This document shows positions 41,507-50,832 of a stretch of 64,000 nucleotides of DNA, piece after piece (the first letter of the stretch is position 1; every line of letters starts with the position of its first letter). The notes beneath the pieces were generated by a model. The model had not been told where the DNA came from and searched no databases. It worked only from the letters and a program-made list of their open reading frames with translations. The stretch covers positions 8,833 to 72,832 of the forward strand of contig DATHWW010000017.1 of NCBI GenBank assembly GCA_035460165.1. The letters run 5' to 3'. Origin of the DNA: Methylophilaceae bacterium (GTDB taxonomy: Bacteria; Pseudomonadota; Gammaproteobacteria; Burkholderiales; Methylophilaceae). The translations under genes and the position numbers were made by a program.

Positions 41507-42316
41507 TTGAGCGAAAACAGCAAAATCGAATGGACGCACCATACGTTCAACCCCTGGTGGGGCTGTGCCAAGGTGTCTCCCGGCTGCGACCACTGCTACG
41601 CCGAAGCGCTTGGCAACCGCTTCGGCACCCAATGGGGCGTGGATTCCGCACGGCGCGTGTTCGGCGAGCAACATTGGCGCGACCCGCTGAAATGGAACGC
41701 CAAGGCCGCGGCAATGCACGAGCGCCATCGCGTCTTTTGCTCCAGCATGGCAGATATCTTCGATAAGAACTCGCCACCGGGCGCCCGCGAGCGCGTCTGG
41801 GAACTCATCCGCGCTACTCCGCACCTCGATTGGCTGTTGCTCAGCAAACGCATCGGCAACGCCGCGCGCATGCTGCCTGAGGATTGGGGGAGCGGTTACC
41901 GCAACGCCTGGCTAGGCATCAGCGTTGTCAATCAGGAAGAAGCCGCGCGCGACATCCCCAAGCTGCTCGAGACTCCGGCCCACCTGCGATTCCTAAGCAT
42001 GGAACCCCTGCTCGAACAGGTTGATATCGCGCCCTGGCTGCGGCAGAGGCCAGCCAGCCACGGCAACGCCATCGACTGGATTATCGTCGGCGGAGAAAGC
42101 GGCCCGAAGGCGCGGCCGCTGAATCCGGGCTGGGTACGTAGCCTTCGTGAACAATGCGCCATCGCGGGCACGGCTTTTTTCTTCAAGCAATGGGGCGAAT
42201 TCATGCCCACCGAATCCACCATCGCGCCGCCGGCCATGCGCCGAACGGGCAAGAAAGCGGCTGGCCGTCGGTTGGATGGCCAAACCTACGACAACATCCC
42301 GGAGGGCCAATCATGA
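41507..42316 (+). CDS. Phage Gp37/Gp68 (DUF5131) family protein
   Basis: SKIEWTHHTFNPWWGCAKVSPGCDHCYA, GGESG, FFFKQWG; TTG start. Confidence 0.9.
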   Translation: MSENSKIEWTHHTFNPWWGCAKVSPGCDHCYAEALGNRFGTQWGVDSARRVFGEQHWRDPLKWNAKAAAMHERHRVFCSSMADIFDKNSPPGARERVWELIRATPHLDWLLLSKRIGNAARMLPEDWGSGYRNAWLGISVVNQEEAARDIPKLLETPAHLRFLSMEPLLEQVDIAPWLRQRPASHGNAIDWIIVGGESGPKARPLNPGWVRSLREQCAIAGTAFFFKQWGEFMPTESTIAPPAMRRTGKKAAGRRLDGQTYDNIPEGQS

Positions 42317-42888
42317 ACCAGCGCGGCATTATCTTCAGCAAGCCCATGGTGCTCGCCCTTCTCGCCGGCATCAAAACCCAGACCCGGCGCAAGCTGAAAT
42401 TCCAGCCTGCCAACGAAAGTGAACTCCCCGAACTCAGCGCCTGCCCCTATGGCCAACCCGGCGATAGGTTATGGGTACGTGAAGCCTGGCGAACACTGAA
42501 GGAATACGACGCCAAACAACCGGGCGAACTGCCCCACGACGCTCCGCTGCGCTATGAGACCGATCAGCATTACAACCAATCCGAATTCGAGCCCGGCCGA
42601 TTACGCCAAGGCATCTTCATGCCCCGCTGGGCCAGCCGCCTCGAACTTGAAATCACCCAGGTGCGCCTGCAACGCTTGCAAGACACCAGCGAATCCGACG
42701 CGGTAGCAGAAGGCGCCCGGGCCGTGTTCGACCACTCCCGGGAAGAGGATTACCTGGCGGATGAAGAAGATGAGGATGTCCTGGGCCCGGTCGATTTGTA
42801 CCGTGCGGTGTGGGAAAGCCTGCACGGCGTGCGCTCCTGGGACAAGAACCCGTGGATATGGGTGGTGGAATTCCGCCCCCTGCCATAA
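42313..42888 (+). CDS. Phage-type hypothetical protein (ASCH/PUA-like)
   Basis: IIFS.PMV.A.L.G.KTQTRR, CPYGQPGDRLWVRE, MPRWASR, NPWIWVVEF. Confidence 0.82.
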   Translation: MNQRGIIFSKPMVLALLAGIKTQTRRKLKFQPANESELPELSACPYGQPGDRLWVREAWRTLKEYDAKQPGELPHDAPLRYETDQHYNQSEFEPGRLRQGIFMPRWASRLELEITQVRLQRLQDTSESDAVAEGARAVFDHSREEDYLADEEDEDVLGPVDLYRAVWESLHGVRSWDKNPWIWVVEFRPLP

Positions 42889-42951
42889 CGTTCGATATTT
42901 CCAACCAATAAGCTTTAGAATCGCCGGAATAACTTTACGGCGGGTAGGCGT

Positions 42952-43626
42952 ATGTCTAACAATGGAAACGGGCATGACGAGGGGCTGGAATGGTTGAGCG
43001 TTTTCCCTGAGCTAACGCAGCTGGACGACGCCGCAAAAACCAAGCTGAAGAAATTTTCGCGCATCGTCGAGGCGCCAGTCGGCACCATAGGCTACCGCGA
43101 AACCGACCCCTGCAACGCCTATGTCATGCGGCTGGCGGGACGCTCGCGCGTCTACAAGATTTCCGGCTCGGGGCGCGAAATCCTGTTGTACCGCGTCGCG
43201 GCAGGCGAGACCTGCGTGCTGACCACCACCTGCCTGCTGGGCCATAGCCGCTACCCCGCATCGACAGTGGTGGAAGAGCCGATTCGGGATGTGATCATCC
43301 CCGCCACGGCCTTCCACGACCTGATGGTGGAGTCGGACGTGTTCCGGCGCTTCGTGCTCAACAATTACGGCAACCTGATCAGCGACCTCATCGTATTGCT
43401 GGAAGAAGTCGCATTCAGCAGCATCAGCGCCCGCCTCGCCAAACTGCTGCTGGAAATCCCCGACGGCGCGCTCTCCACCACCCACCAGCAGATCGCCGAC
43501 GAGCTGGGCAGCGCGCGCGAAGTGGTCAGCCGCCAGCTCAAGGAATTCGAACGCAACGGCTGGGTGTCGCTGCATCGCGGCGCCATTATGGTGACCGAGC
43601 GCGCCGCCCTGCAAAAACTGCTCTAG
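42952..43626 (+). CDS. Crp/Fnr family transcriptional regulator
   Basis: GREILLYRV..GETC and C-terminal HTH THQQIADELGSAREVVSR. Confidence 0.92.
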   Translation: MSNNGNGHDEGLEWLSVFPELTQLDDAAKTKLKKFSRIVEAPVGTIGYRETDPCNAYVMRLAGRSRVYKISGSGREILLYRVAAGETCVLTTTCLLGHSRYPASTVVEEPIRDVIIPATAFHDLMVESDVFRRFVLNNYGNLISDLIVLLEEVAFSSISARLAKLLLEIPDGALSTTHQQIADELGSAREVVSRQLKEFERNGWVSLHRGAIMVTERAALQKLL

Positions 43627-44561
43627 GGCTGGTACTTGCCCTTCACGCTCGCCAGCCCCTTCACCGTATCGAGGCCTTTCACCCCCGTCAGCACCGCGCC
43701 GTCCAGCTCGGCATCCGTCAGGTCAGCCCCGGTCAAGTCCGCGCCGGTCAGATCCGCCTGATTCAGGTCGGCACGATGCAGATTGGTCTTGCTGAGATTG
43801 GCGCCGGCGAGGTTGCCAAAACGCATGCTGGCGATATTCAGGTCGCTCCCCGAAAAATCGGCGTTGGCAAAATTGCCGCCCACCGAGTCGAACTTCATTT
43901 GCCCCATCGGCTGATTGCCGATATCCAGCCCAAAGCGCCCGTTGCGGATGTTGGCGCCGCTCATGTCAACGTTGCCCAAGGTGCCGATCACCCGTGCATT
44001 CGTCAGATTCGCGCCCTTGAAATTGGTCTTGTCGAAAATCGCCTGAAAAATGATCGCGTCGGTCAGGTCGGCACCGCTCAGGTCGGCGTTCTCAAGCCGC
44101 GCCAGATTAAGATACGCGCGCTGCAGATTGGCGCCGCTCAGATTGGCACCCCGCAGGTACGCGCCGAAGAAGCTGGTATTCACCATCTTGCAGTGTCTGA
44201 GATCCATGCCATCCAGCTCCAGATACCCGGCATCCTTGCTGGAAAGATCGCACGTTTTGCTCTGGATTTGCCGCACCGCCTCCGCCTGGCTGATTTTCTC
44301 GCGCTCCGGCTCGGCGTGCTTCGCATAGAAAGCCTGGGCTTTTTGTATCGTGCCCATCGGGTCTTGCTTGTACATCGCCCGGGCTTCCTCATTGCCGAAG
44401 CAATACGTCTTGCCTTCGAATACCTCGTTGATTTCGCACTTGGTTTTGTTGAGCTGGCCCATCGCCAACCCGGTCGTGCAGTGATCGCCGAACTCCCCCG
44501 CCAGCGCCAAACTGGCGGTCAGCGATAAGAGAATTCCGGCAACATAGGTTAGGTTACGCAT
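43623..44561 (-). CDS. Exported pentapeptide-repeat protein with an N-terminal YHS-like domain
   Basis: Signal peptide, GKTYCFGNEEAR...DP, many A(D/N)L(S/T)G repeats. Confidence 0.85.
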   Translation of the reverse strand: MRNLTYVAGILLSLTASLALAGEFGDHCTTGLAMGQLNKTKCEINEVFEGKTYCFGNEEARAMYKQDPMGTIQKAQAFYAKHAEPEREKISQAEAVRQIQSKTCDLSSKDAGYLELDGMDLRHCKMVNTSFFGAYLRGANLSGANLQRAYLNLARLENADLSGADLTDAIIFQAIFDKTNFKGANLTNARVIGTLGNVDMSGANIRNGRFGLDIGNQPMGQMKFDSVGGNFANADFSGSDLNIASMRFGNLAGANLSKTNLHRADLNQADLTGADLTGADLTDAELDGAVLTGVKGLDTVKGLASVKGKYQP

Positions 44562-44645
44562 ATTTATCTCCTTAATCTGATTTGATCTTGTCTGCGCCAA
44601 TCGTGGCGCGTGTTGACAATGTCTTTCAGAGTAGAGAGGCGCGTC

Positions 44646-44661
44646 TGTAACTTATGTCACA
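44646..44661. promoter_or_regulatory. Putative Crp/Fnr-family binding site
   Basis: TGTAA-N6-TCACA upstream of the pentapeptide gene. Confidence 0.5.
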
Positions 44662-44759
44662 TTGACGAGCGAAATGATCGCTCTTGCTGCAAATCGAACC
44701 ATCGGCTGCGCCGGCCCGACCTTTCTATATTCCGTACCGCTCAATCCCGACCCTTCGGT

Positions 44760-44945
44760 TCAGGCCACGCAACCCTCGACACTGACCAGCGACCACGGCG
44801 CCGGGGAGAAATGCGCATGCGCAAACTCCTTGGCTTCTTCTTCGTCGTCGAAATGCCAGGCATCGGCTAACTCGCCGACCGTCCTCAAATTGCCTTGACC
44901 ATCCGAACCGAGAAATCCGGTGCCGAACTTAATTGCAAACTCCAT
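44760..44945 (-). CDS. Small acidic hypothetical protein (61 aa)
   Basis: Strong RBS GAAAGGAA before ATG; MEFAIKFGTGFLG... Confidence 0.6.
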   Translation of the reverse strand: MEFAIKFGTGFLGSDGQGNLRTVGELADAWHFDDEEEAKEFAHAHFSPAPWSLVSVEGCVA

Positions 44946-45043
44946 TGTTTTCCTTTCTTGTATTTTTAGTTTCAACTATCCCCATGGGCGATGCACACAC
45001 ATGCATCGGCTATTGAGCGCGGCGCGAAGTGTGCCAGCGATAT

Positions 45044-45061
45044 ATGACAGTTAGATGAAAC
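45044..45061 (-). promoter_or_regulatory. Putative Pho box (PhoB/OmpR-type direct repeat)
   Basis: GTTTCAT-CTAA-CTGTCAT, followed 10 bp later by a -10-like CACACT. Confidence 0.5.
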
Positions 45062-45424
45062 CAAAGAGCGGCGCCCTGCCCTGTCCACATTCCTTCATGG
45101 CAGCTGATGGGCGGGAAAAAATTCACCAGCCTGTCAACGGAATACGGCCACATGGCGTTAATACAAGGTTGTCGTCGCGCATCGCCTCGTAGGTCGCTAC
45201 CAACTCCGTATCGATCGAAAATTTTTCTTACTGCTGAGCTTAATTATCAGGCGATATCTGTCGATGACTGATTGCAGTGCATTTCCGTCCGGGCTTTTCC
45301 CTTGTCAGTGAATGCGTGTTCCCTCCTCTGCACGAGCTGCTACATCCCAGAGGTTGTTTTCGTTCCGGCTCGTCGCCCATGTATTCCACTGTGATATATG
45401 GCGCACGTCCGCGAAGAGGTAATC

Positions 45425-47515
45425 ATGTCTGAATTATCGAAATTCGACGGCGGCGAAGCACCGCCTTCCCCCGGCTTCTGGCTCCGCATCAAGAAGGCCG
45501 CCGGCCGCCTGCAGGATTGGTTCGCGGTGCAATCCCTCGCCGTCAAAGTGACGGTGCTGGTGATTGCCATGCTGATATCGGCTTCCGGCATCTATGCGGC
45601 GGCGATGCTGCAGAAGCAGGCCGCGATTGCCGAACAGGTCCGCGCCATGGGAATTCCGGGGCAGGATGCCTGGAAACTCAACGACAAGCTGCCGGTGGTC
45701 TTCGGCCCGGGTTCGGTGCTGAGCTTCATCGAGATGCAACCGGTCGAGCGCATTTCCGTCATCTATGAACCACTGATGTGGGACGTATCCGAGCGCGTTG
45801 TCCTGGTCGAATCGCAAGGCAAGCAGCATGCCTTCTACCCCAGCGACATGGAAACGCGCATCTTCACCGACAAGGCGGTTAATGCGCCGTGGGGCAGCAA
45901 GCTCGTCTTCATCCCGCGCAGTGAGCTCAGCGCCAGCAGCCTGGAGCTCTTCGAGCGGCTGGACCAGCGCTTCGCCGACGCCCGCCCTCAATCCGAAAAG
46001 GATAGCTGGAAAGCCGGCCTCAGCGGCGCGCTGTCGGTACTGCTGACGCTGGGCCTGCTGGGCTTCGTGTTCTACCAGCTTAAAGGGCAATTCAAGTCGC
46101 TCAAGTTCATCGAACCCATGCAGATTCACGGCTCCATCGACGACCTCGTCGGTATGGACGATATCAAAGCCGAAGTCGCGCAGATCAAGGACCAGTACCA
46201 GCGCCGCGCGGAATACGCCGAATACGGCATTCACAAGCCCTTCAACGTGATGTTCAGCGGCCCGGCGGGCACCGGCAAGACCAAGCTCGCCAGCTACCTC
46301 GCCAAGGAGCTCAAGCTGCCCATCCTGTTTCACTCCGCCGCCAATCTGGAAACCGGCTTCGTGGCCGGCGGCGGGCAGACGCTTAGCCGCATCCTGGCGA
46401 TGGCCAAGCGCCGCAAGCGCTGTATCGTCTTCCTGGACGAAGCGCAAGACCTGTTCATGAAGCGCGGCGGCCGCCGCAAATTCGACGACGATACCGCCAA
46501 CACACTGCTTTCCGTGCTGGACGGTGTGCGCAGCCGCAATGCGGCCGAGATCATCTGGATCGTCGCCAGCAACTTCAACAGCGCCACCATGGAAATGGAC
46601 GAAGCCATGCTGCGCCGCTTCCAGATGAAGGTCGATTTCCGCGTGCCCAACCGCGAGGAACGCTTGGCGATCATTCACCACTACCTCAGCCAACGCGCCG
46701 ACAAGGTGCTGCCCGACCTCGACCTGCGCCACCTGGTGGACCTCACCGAAGGCCACAGCCCGGCCGACCTGGAAACCATCGTCAACCAGGCCGGCATCTC
46801 CGCCGTACAGAGCGGCGAGATGATAGGCGACCACACGCTGATGCTGGCGGCCGAACGCGTACTGGTCGGCAACGTCAACACCGAAACTACCGCCGAACGC
46901 GAACGCGACCGCCGCATCATCGCCACGCATGAGTGGGGCCACTTCCTGATGGACCTGGAGCACGAGCGCAAGATCACCAACGACGACTGGGAGCAGATCC
47001 TGGCCGACATGAAGACCATCAAGATCTCCCTCAAGGCCAACCCGCGCACCAATGCACTGGGCTTCGTCTTCCACAAGCAAGGCTCCAACCTGCTCAAGAC
47101 CAAGGCCGACATCGAGCATGAAGTGCGCGTGCTGCTGGGCGGCATGGCCAACGAGGAACTTTTCTTCGGCGAGGAAGGCACCACCAACGGCGCGCACAAC
47201 GACATCACCCGCGTCACCAAGCTGCTGCACCACGCCGTCGGTGAGATGGGCATGTACCGCAAGACCCGCCTCAACTACACCGCGCTGCAAGACCAGCAAA
47301 GCGGCGCGCGCGACCTGGACCAGGAAACGCGCAACATCATGGAAGCGCAAAGCGAACGGCTGTACGGCGAAACCATCGCCGTGCTCGAACGGCTGAAACC
47401 GCTCACCGAGCACATGGTGCAGAAGCTGATGGAAAAGGATGAAATGGGGCTGAGCGAGGCGCTGGCGGAAATCCGCAGCTTCGAGGCAGCCAATCCCATG
47501 TTAAGAGCTGCTTAA
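45425..47515 (+). CDS. Divergent FtsH-like membrane AAA+ zinc metalloprotease
   Basis: Two TM segments, GPAGTGKT, IVFLDE, AMLRRF, HEWGH, GGMANEE, GAHNDI. Confidence 0.88.
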   Translation: MSELSKFDGGEAPPSPGFWLRIKKAAGRLQDWFAVQSLAVKVTVLVIAMLISASGIYAAAMLQKQAAIAEQVRAMGIPGQDAWKLNDKLPVVFGPGSVLSFIEMQPVERISVIYEPLMWDVSERVVLVESQGKQHAFYPSDMETRIFTDKAVNAPWGSKLVFIPRSELSASSLELFERLDQRFADARPQSEKDSWKAGLSGALSVLLTLGLLGFVFYQLKGQFKSLKFIEPMQIHGSIDDLVGMDDIKAEVAQIKDQYQRRAEYAEYGIHKPFNVMFSGPAGTGKTKLASYLAKELKLPILFHSAANLETGFVAGGGQTLSRILAMAKRRKRCIVFLDEAQDLFMKRGGRRKFDDDTANTLLSVLDGVRSRNAAEIIWIVASNFNSATMEMDEAMLRRFQMKVDFRVPNREERLAIIHHYLSQRADKVLPDLDLRHLVDLTEGHSPADLETIVNQAGISAVQSGEMIGDHTLMLAAERVLVGNVNTETTAERERDRRIIATHEWGHFLMDLEHERKITNDDWEQILADMKTIKISLKANPRTNALGFVFHKQGSNLLKTKADIEHEVRVLLGGMANEELFFGEEGTTNGAHNDITRVTKLLHHAVGEMGMYRKTRLNYTALQDQQSGARDLDQETRNIMEAQSERLYGETIAVLERLKPLTEHMVQKLMEKDEMGLSEALAEIRSFEAANPMLRAA

Positions 47516-47535
47516 GTTTGATCAAAAGATAGATA

Positions 47536-47573
47536 TGAAAAGGCCGGTTTCCTTAGAGGAAGCGGCCTTTTCA
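47536..47573. terminator. Intrinsic terminator
   Basis: TGAAAAGGCCG...CGGCCTTTTCA hairpin after the FtsH-like gene. Confidence 0.75.
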
Positions 47574-47598
47574 ATTCGGCACTCCGACAGATTGGCCC

Positions 47599-47797
47599 TT
47601 ATGAACCCTGCTGTTCGGCGAGCTCATTTAGGAGTTGTGAAATATCCCATTCGCACCCGCCACAGCCCGAGAGAGCACCGTCTTTCGGGAGATAGCATCC
47701 ACATCCAGCCCTTGCTCAAACAGGCGTTGAATATTGCCCGCGTGGTGCCCCTGCAAGGGCACATGATTTCGTCTTCCGGATTGACGTTGGGGTTCAT
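47599..47797 (-). pseudogene. BFD-like [2Fe-2S]-binding protein with two frameshifts
   Basis: Stitching three frames gives MNPNVNPEDEIMCPCRGTTR/NIQRLFEQGLDVDAISRK/GALSGCGGCEWDISQLLNELAEQQGS*. Confidence 0.75.
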
Positions 47798-47840
47798 GGG
47801 AGTGAGGTTTGCTTCATATGGATAACAACATGGGGCCCAA

Positions 47841-49280
47841 TTAAACAGTCGCAACCGCTTCCTCGCCTTGTTGCTGCCCCGTACTTCTTAACCAGAATGC
47901 GCCTAGCAAGGCAGCTATGACTGCGAATGCAGCACCGAAAGCAAATGCAATCCGATAACCGCCGTTCAAAGCGGCTAGAGGCGCTTCACCCTGAGCAAGA
48001 AGGTAGCCGGATTGATGTGCCGCAAGGCTCGCCAGAATGGCCAACCCGAGTGCGCCCCCCATCATGAATGCGGTATTGACGATGCCGGAAGCGAGGCCGG
48101 AATTGGCTGTATCGACATCGCTCATCGCTGCCAGCAACACGGGATTCAAAGCAATCCCCGCTCCCAATCCGAGCAACAGCATCCCCGGCAACACATGCCA
48201 GACGAAACTTCCATTCACCGGCGCCAATGCAAACAAGACGAGGCCCAATCCCCCCACCAACAGACCGAAAGCCACAGGTAGTTTGATGCCAAATCGCATG
48301 ACCATCTTGGCCGAAATCCCGAGCGAGAATAGCGCCATCAGCAAGTTCGAAGGCAGAAACGCCAGCCCGACCTGCAACGCGTTGTAACCGAGCACGAGCT
48401 GCATATAAAGCGCCGAGATGAAGAACCAGGCGAACATGGACGCCGCCCACAACATGGCGATGATGTTGGCCGTGTAAAGGTTGCGCAGACTAAACAAGCC
48501 GAGCGGCATAAGGGGGGTCGAAATCCGCGCTTCAATGCCGATAAAGATCGCCAGCAGCATAATAGCCACGGTAATCAGACCCAGAGTCTGGAATGAAGTC
48601 CATCCGGCCTCATTGCCATTCACAATGGCAAACACCGCCAGCATGAGTGAAGCGGTAATCGTAATAGCCCCACCGACATCGAGCTGCTCCCCTGCTGCAT
48701 GGCCTTTGCCCGCGGGAATCAGCTTCAGACAGAGCAGATATACGGCGAGGCCGATGGGCAGGTTCACGAGGAAAATCCAGTGCCAGCTCAGCGCATTGGT
48801 CAGCAGGCCGCCGAGCAGCACGCCGATGCTGCCACCGCCGGCACAGACGAAGCCATAGACGCCCATCGCTTTCGCGCGGTCTTCCGGTTCGCTGAAGATG
48901 TTCATGATGAGCGACAGCGCCACGGCCGAGACGACGGCGCCACCCAGCCCTTGGATCGCGCGCGCCACGATCAGGATCAAGGGCGTGTTGGCAAGGCCGC
49001 AGGCGAGCGAGGCGCCGGTGAAGAGGATGAGGCCAAGCAGGAACAGCTTGCGGTGTCCGTAGAGATCGCCCAGGCGCCCGCCGAGCAGCAGGAATCCGCC
49101 GAAGGTGAGCATGTAGGCATTCACGACCCACACGAGCGAGGTTTCGCTGAATCCGAGGTCTTGGCGGATCGAGGGCAGAGCGACATTCACGATGGTGGTA
49201 TCGAGCACGATCATCAGCTCGCCGAGACACAAAACGATCAGCGCCAGCCATCGTTTGTCGTGTGCGATATTGTGGGACAT
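47841..49280 (-). CDS. DHA2 (EmrB/QacA-type) MFS efflux transporter
   Basis: LDTTIVNVALP, GRLGDLYG, WHWIFLVNLPIG. Confidence 0.93.
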   Translation of the reverse strand: MSHNIAHDKRWLALIVLCLGELMIVLDTTIVNVALPSIRQDLGFSETSLVWVVNAYMLTFGGFLLLGGRLGDLYGHRKLFLLGLILFTGASLACGLANTPLILIVARAIQGLGGAVVSAVALSLIMNIFSEPEDRAKAMGVYGFVCAGGGSIGVLLGGLLTNALSWHWIFLVNLPIGLAVYLLCLKLIPAGKGHAAGEQLDVGGAITITASLMLAVFAIVNGNEAGWTSFQTLGLITVAIMLLAIFIGIEARISTPLMPLGLFSLRNLYTANIIAMLWAASMFAWFFISALYMQLVLGYNALQVGLAFLPSNLLMALFSLGISAKMVMRFGIKLPVAFGLLVGGLGLVLFALAPVNGSFVWHVLPGMLLLGLGAGIALNPVLLAAMSDVDTANSGLASGIVNTAFMMGGALGLAILASLAAHQSGYLLAQGEAPLAALNGGYRIAFAFGAAFAVIAALLGAFWLRSTGQQQGEEAVATV

Positions 49281-49433
49281 CAGGATTTCCTACCGTGGAT
49301 TTGCTCGTATTATAAAGCGTTGAGTTTTGACTCCATTGTCATGTGAATACTCTTGCTCTCAATCAGCGGGTTTCTGATTCAAAGAGTATGTGATCGAGTT
49401 GGATGGCATCCGGGGAGGCAAGCAGAGCTCTGC

Positions 49434-50675
49434 TTAACGATTCCATGGCATTTTGGCCAACATCATCGTCAGGCCACATGAATTGCTCAGCCCGGCGTAC
49501 ATCAAACCCGCACCAATCAGGCCTGCAATCCAGTAACCCGCAGGATGCAATAGTGCGCCAATAGCGACGCTACCCAAGATCAGCATGCCTGCAGTGATGC
49601 GCATCTGGCGGTCAAGCGAAATGGTGTTGCGCTTACCGTGTTCTAGCGGCAAACCCGCCGAAATCCAGGCATTGGTTCCACCATCGACATGAATAACGCG
49701 CTGCATCCCGGCGGTGCGCAGTTTGGCCGTGGCGTACTGGCTGCGCGTGCCGGTCTGGCAGATGCAATAAAGAACCGCATCAACACCAAAACGCGAGATT
49801 ACATCGACGACATTGAGCCGATCCAGCGGGATATTGATTGCGCCCTCGATCTTAAGCGCCTCGAATTCCCCATGCGTTCGCACATCGAGAATAATGACCT
49901 TTCCGGCCTTTATTTCATCGAAGAGTTGGGTAGCAGAGACGCTTTGCAATGTCGTTTCAGTCGCGATCAGGTGTTCTGGATTGGTTGCGGCTTGCATGGC
50001 GCCAGCTCCGATATTGGCAGGAACCGCTTCATGCATCCGTTTCGGCATGGGCAGGCCGAGATTGTTCATGATGTCGATGAACTCATCGCGCGATTTCCCT
50101 GCAATCCTGGCATTGAAGTACTTTTCCTCGCCTATGCTGCTGAGCCGACGCCCTTTGTAGTCGTGGCCAGGAAAAACCAGCGTTTGCTCATCTAGCGCAA
50201 ACAAGGTCTCGGTGATGCTGCTCCACAGCTCCTCAGGGCTGCCCCCTTGAAAATCGGTACGTCCGCAGCCCCCGATAAAAAGCGTGTCGCCGGTGAACAC
50301 GCGATCCCTCCAAAGAAAAGAAACGCTGCCTGGCGTATGGCCGGGCGTGGATATGACGGTGATTTCTTCACGGCCAAACAGGATGACATGGCCGTCCTTC
50401 AACATCAGGTCGTAGCCTTGCGCATTGCAGTCGGCCGAAACGGCGGTGATCGCCCCTGTGGATTGTTTCAGAGCCTGCGCGGAAGTGATGTGGTCCGCGT
50501 GTACGTGCGTCTCCAACGTGTACTTAAGCTTGAGCCCGTGTCCGCATATGAGTTTCAAGTCACGCTCCACCTGCTCCAGCACCGGATCGATGATGACCGC
50601 TTCGTGGGTTGAGTCATCGGCAATCAAATAAGTGTAGGTGGATGAGTCAGTATCGAATAGCTGTTTAAAAAACAT
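49434..50675 (-). CDS. Persulfide dioxygenase (ETHE1-type MBL) fused to rhodanese and DUF2892
   Basis: ETHVHADH, GCGRTDFQ, CQTGTRS, C-terminal SCGLTMMLAKMPWNR. Confidence 0.9.
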   Translation of the reverse strand: MFFKQLFDTDSSTYTYLIADDSTHEAVIIDPVLEQVERDLKLICGHGLKLKYTLETHVHADHITSAQALKQSTGAITAVSADCNAQGYDLMLKDGHVILFGREEITVISTPGHTPGSVSFLWRDRVFTGDTLFIGGCGRTDFQGGSPEELWSSITETLFALDEQTLVFPGHDYKGRRLSSIGEEKYFNARIAGKSRDEFIDIMNNLGLPMPKRMHEAVPANIGAGAMQAATNPEHLIATETTLQSVSATQLFDEIKAGKVIILDVRTHGEFEALKIEGAINIPLDRLNVVDVISRFGVDAVLYCICQTGTRSQYATAKLRTAGMQRVIHVDGGTNAWISAGLPLEHGKRNTISLDRQMRITAGMLILGSVAIGALLHPAGYWIAGLIGAGLMYAGLSNSCGLTMMLAKMPWNR

Positions 50676-50753
50676 ATAGATACCTCTCTTGCTCGACAGC
50701 TGGAAATCTAGTCCAGTGGATAGAGAAGTATGAGTAGGAATGGTACAAATGAA

Positions 50754-50777
50754 AAGGGCCACATTGCTGTGGCCCTT
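50754..50777 (-). terminator. Terminator-like hairpin downstream of the tRNA-derived att repeat
   Basis: AAGGGCCACA-TTGC-TGTGGCCCTT. Confidence 0.65.
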
Positions 50778-50782
50778 AAAAC

Positions 50783-50827
50783 TGGCGCGCCCGTAGAGAT
50801 TCGAACTCCTGACCCCTTGGTTCGTAG
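50783..50827 (-). repeat. att site: duplicated 3' 45 bp of tRNA-Arg(ACG)
   Basis: Matches 61871-61915 with one mismatch. Confidence 0.92.
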
Positions 50828-50832
50828 GGGGC

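Noticed and set aside
43690-44160. 15-bp periodic DNA repeats as a possible CRISPR or tandem array
   Set aside because: Explained by the pentapeptide-repeat coding sequence; no CRISPR array was seen in the window
45070-45420. Possible ncRNA or small ORF upstream of the FtsH-like gene
   Set aside because: No recognisable family motif or convincing ORF by eye; needs Rfam and RNA-seq
50783-50827. Second tRNA-Arg gene
   Set aside because: Only the 3' 45 nt are present; treated as an att repeat
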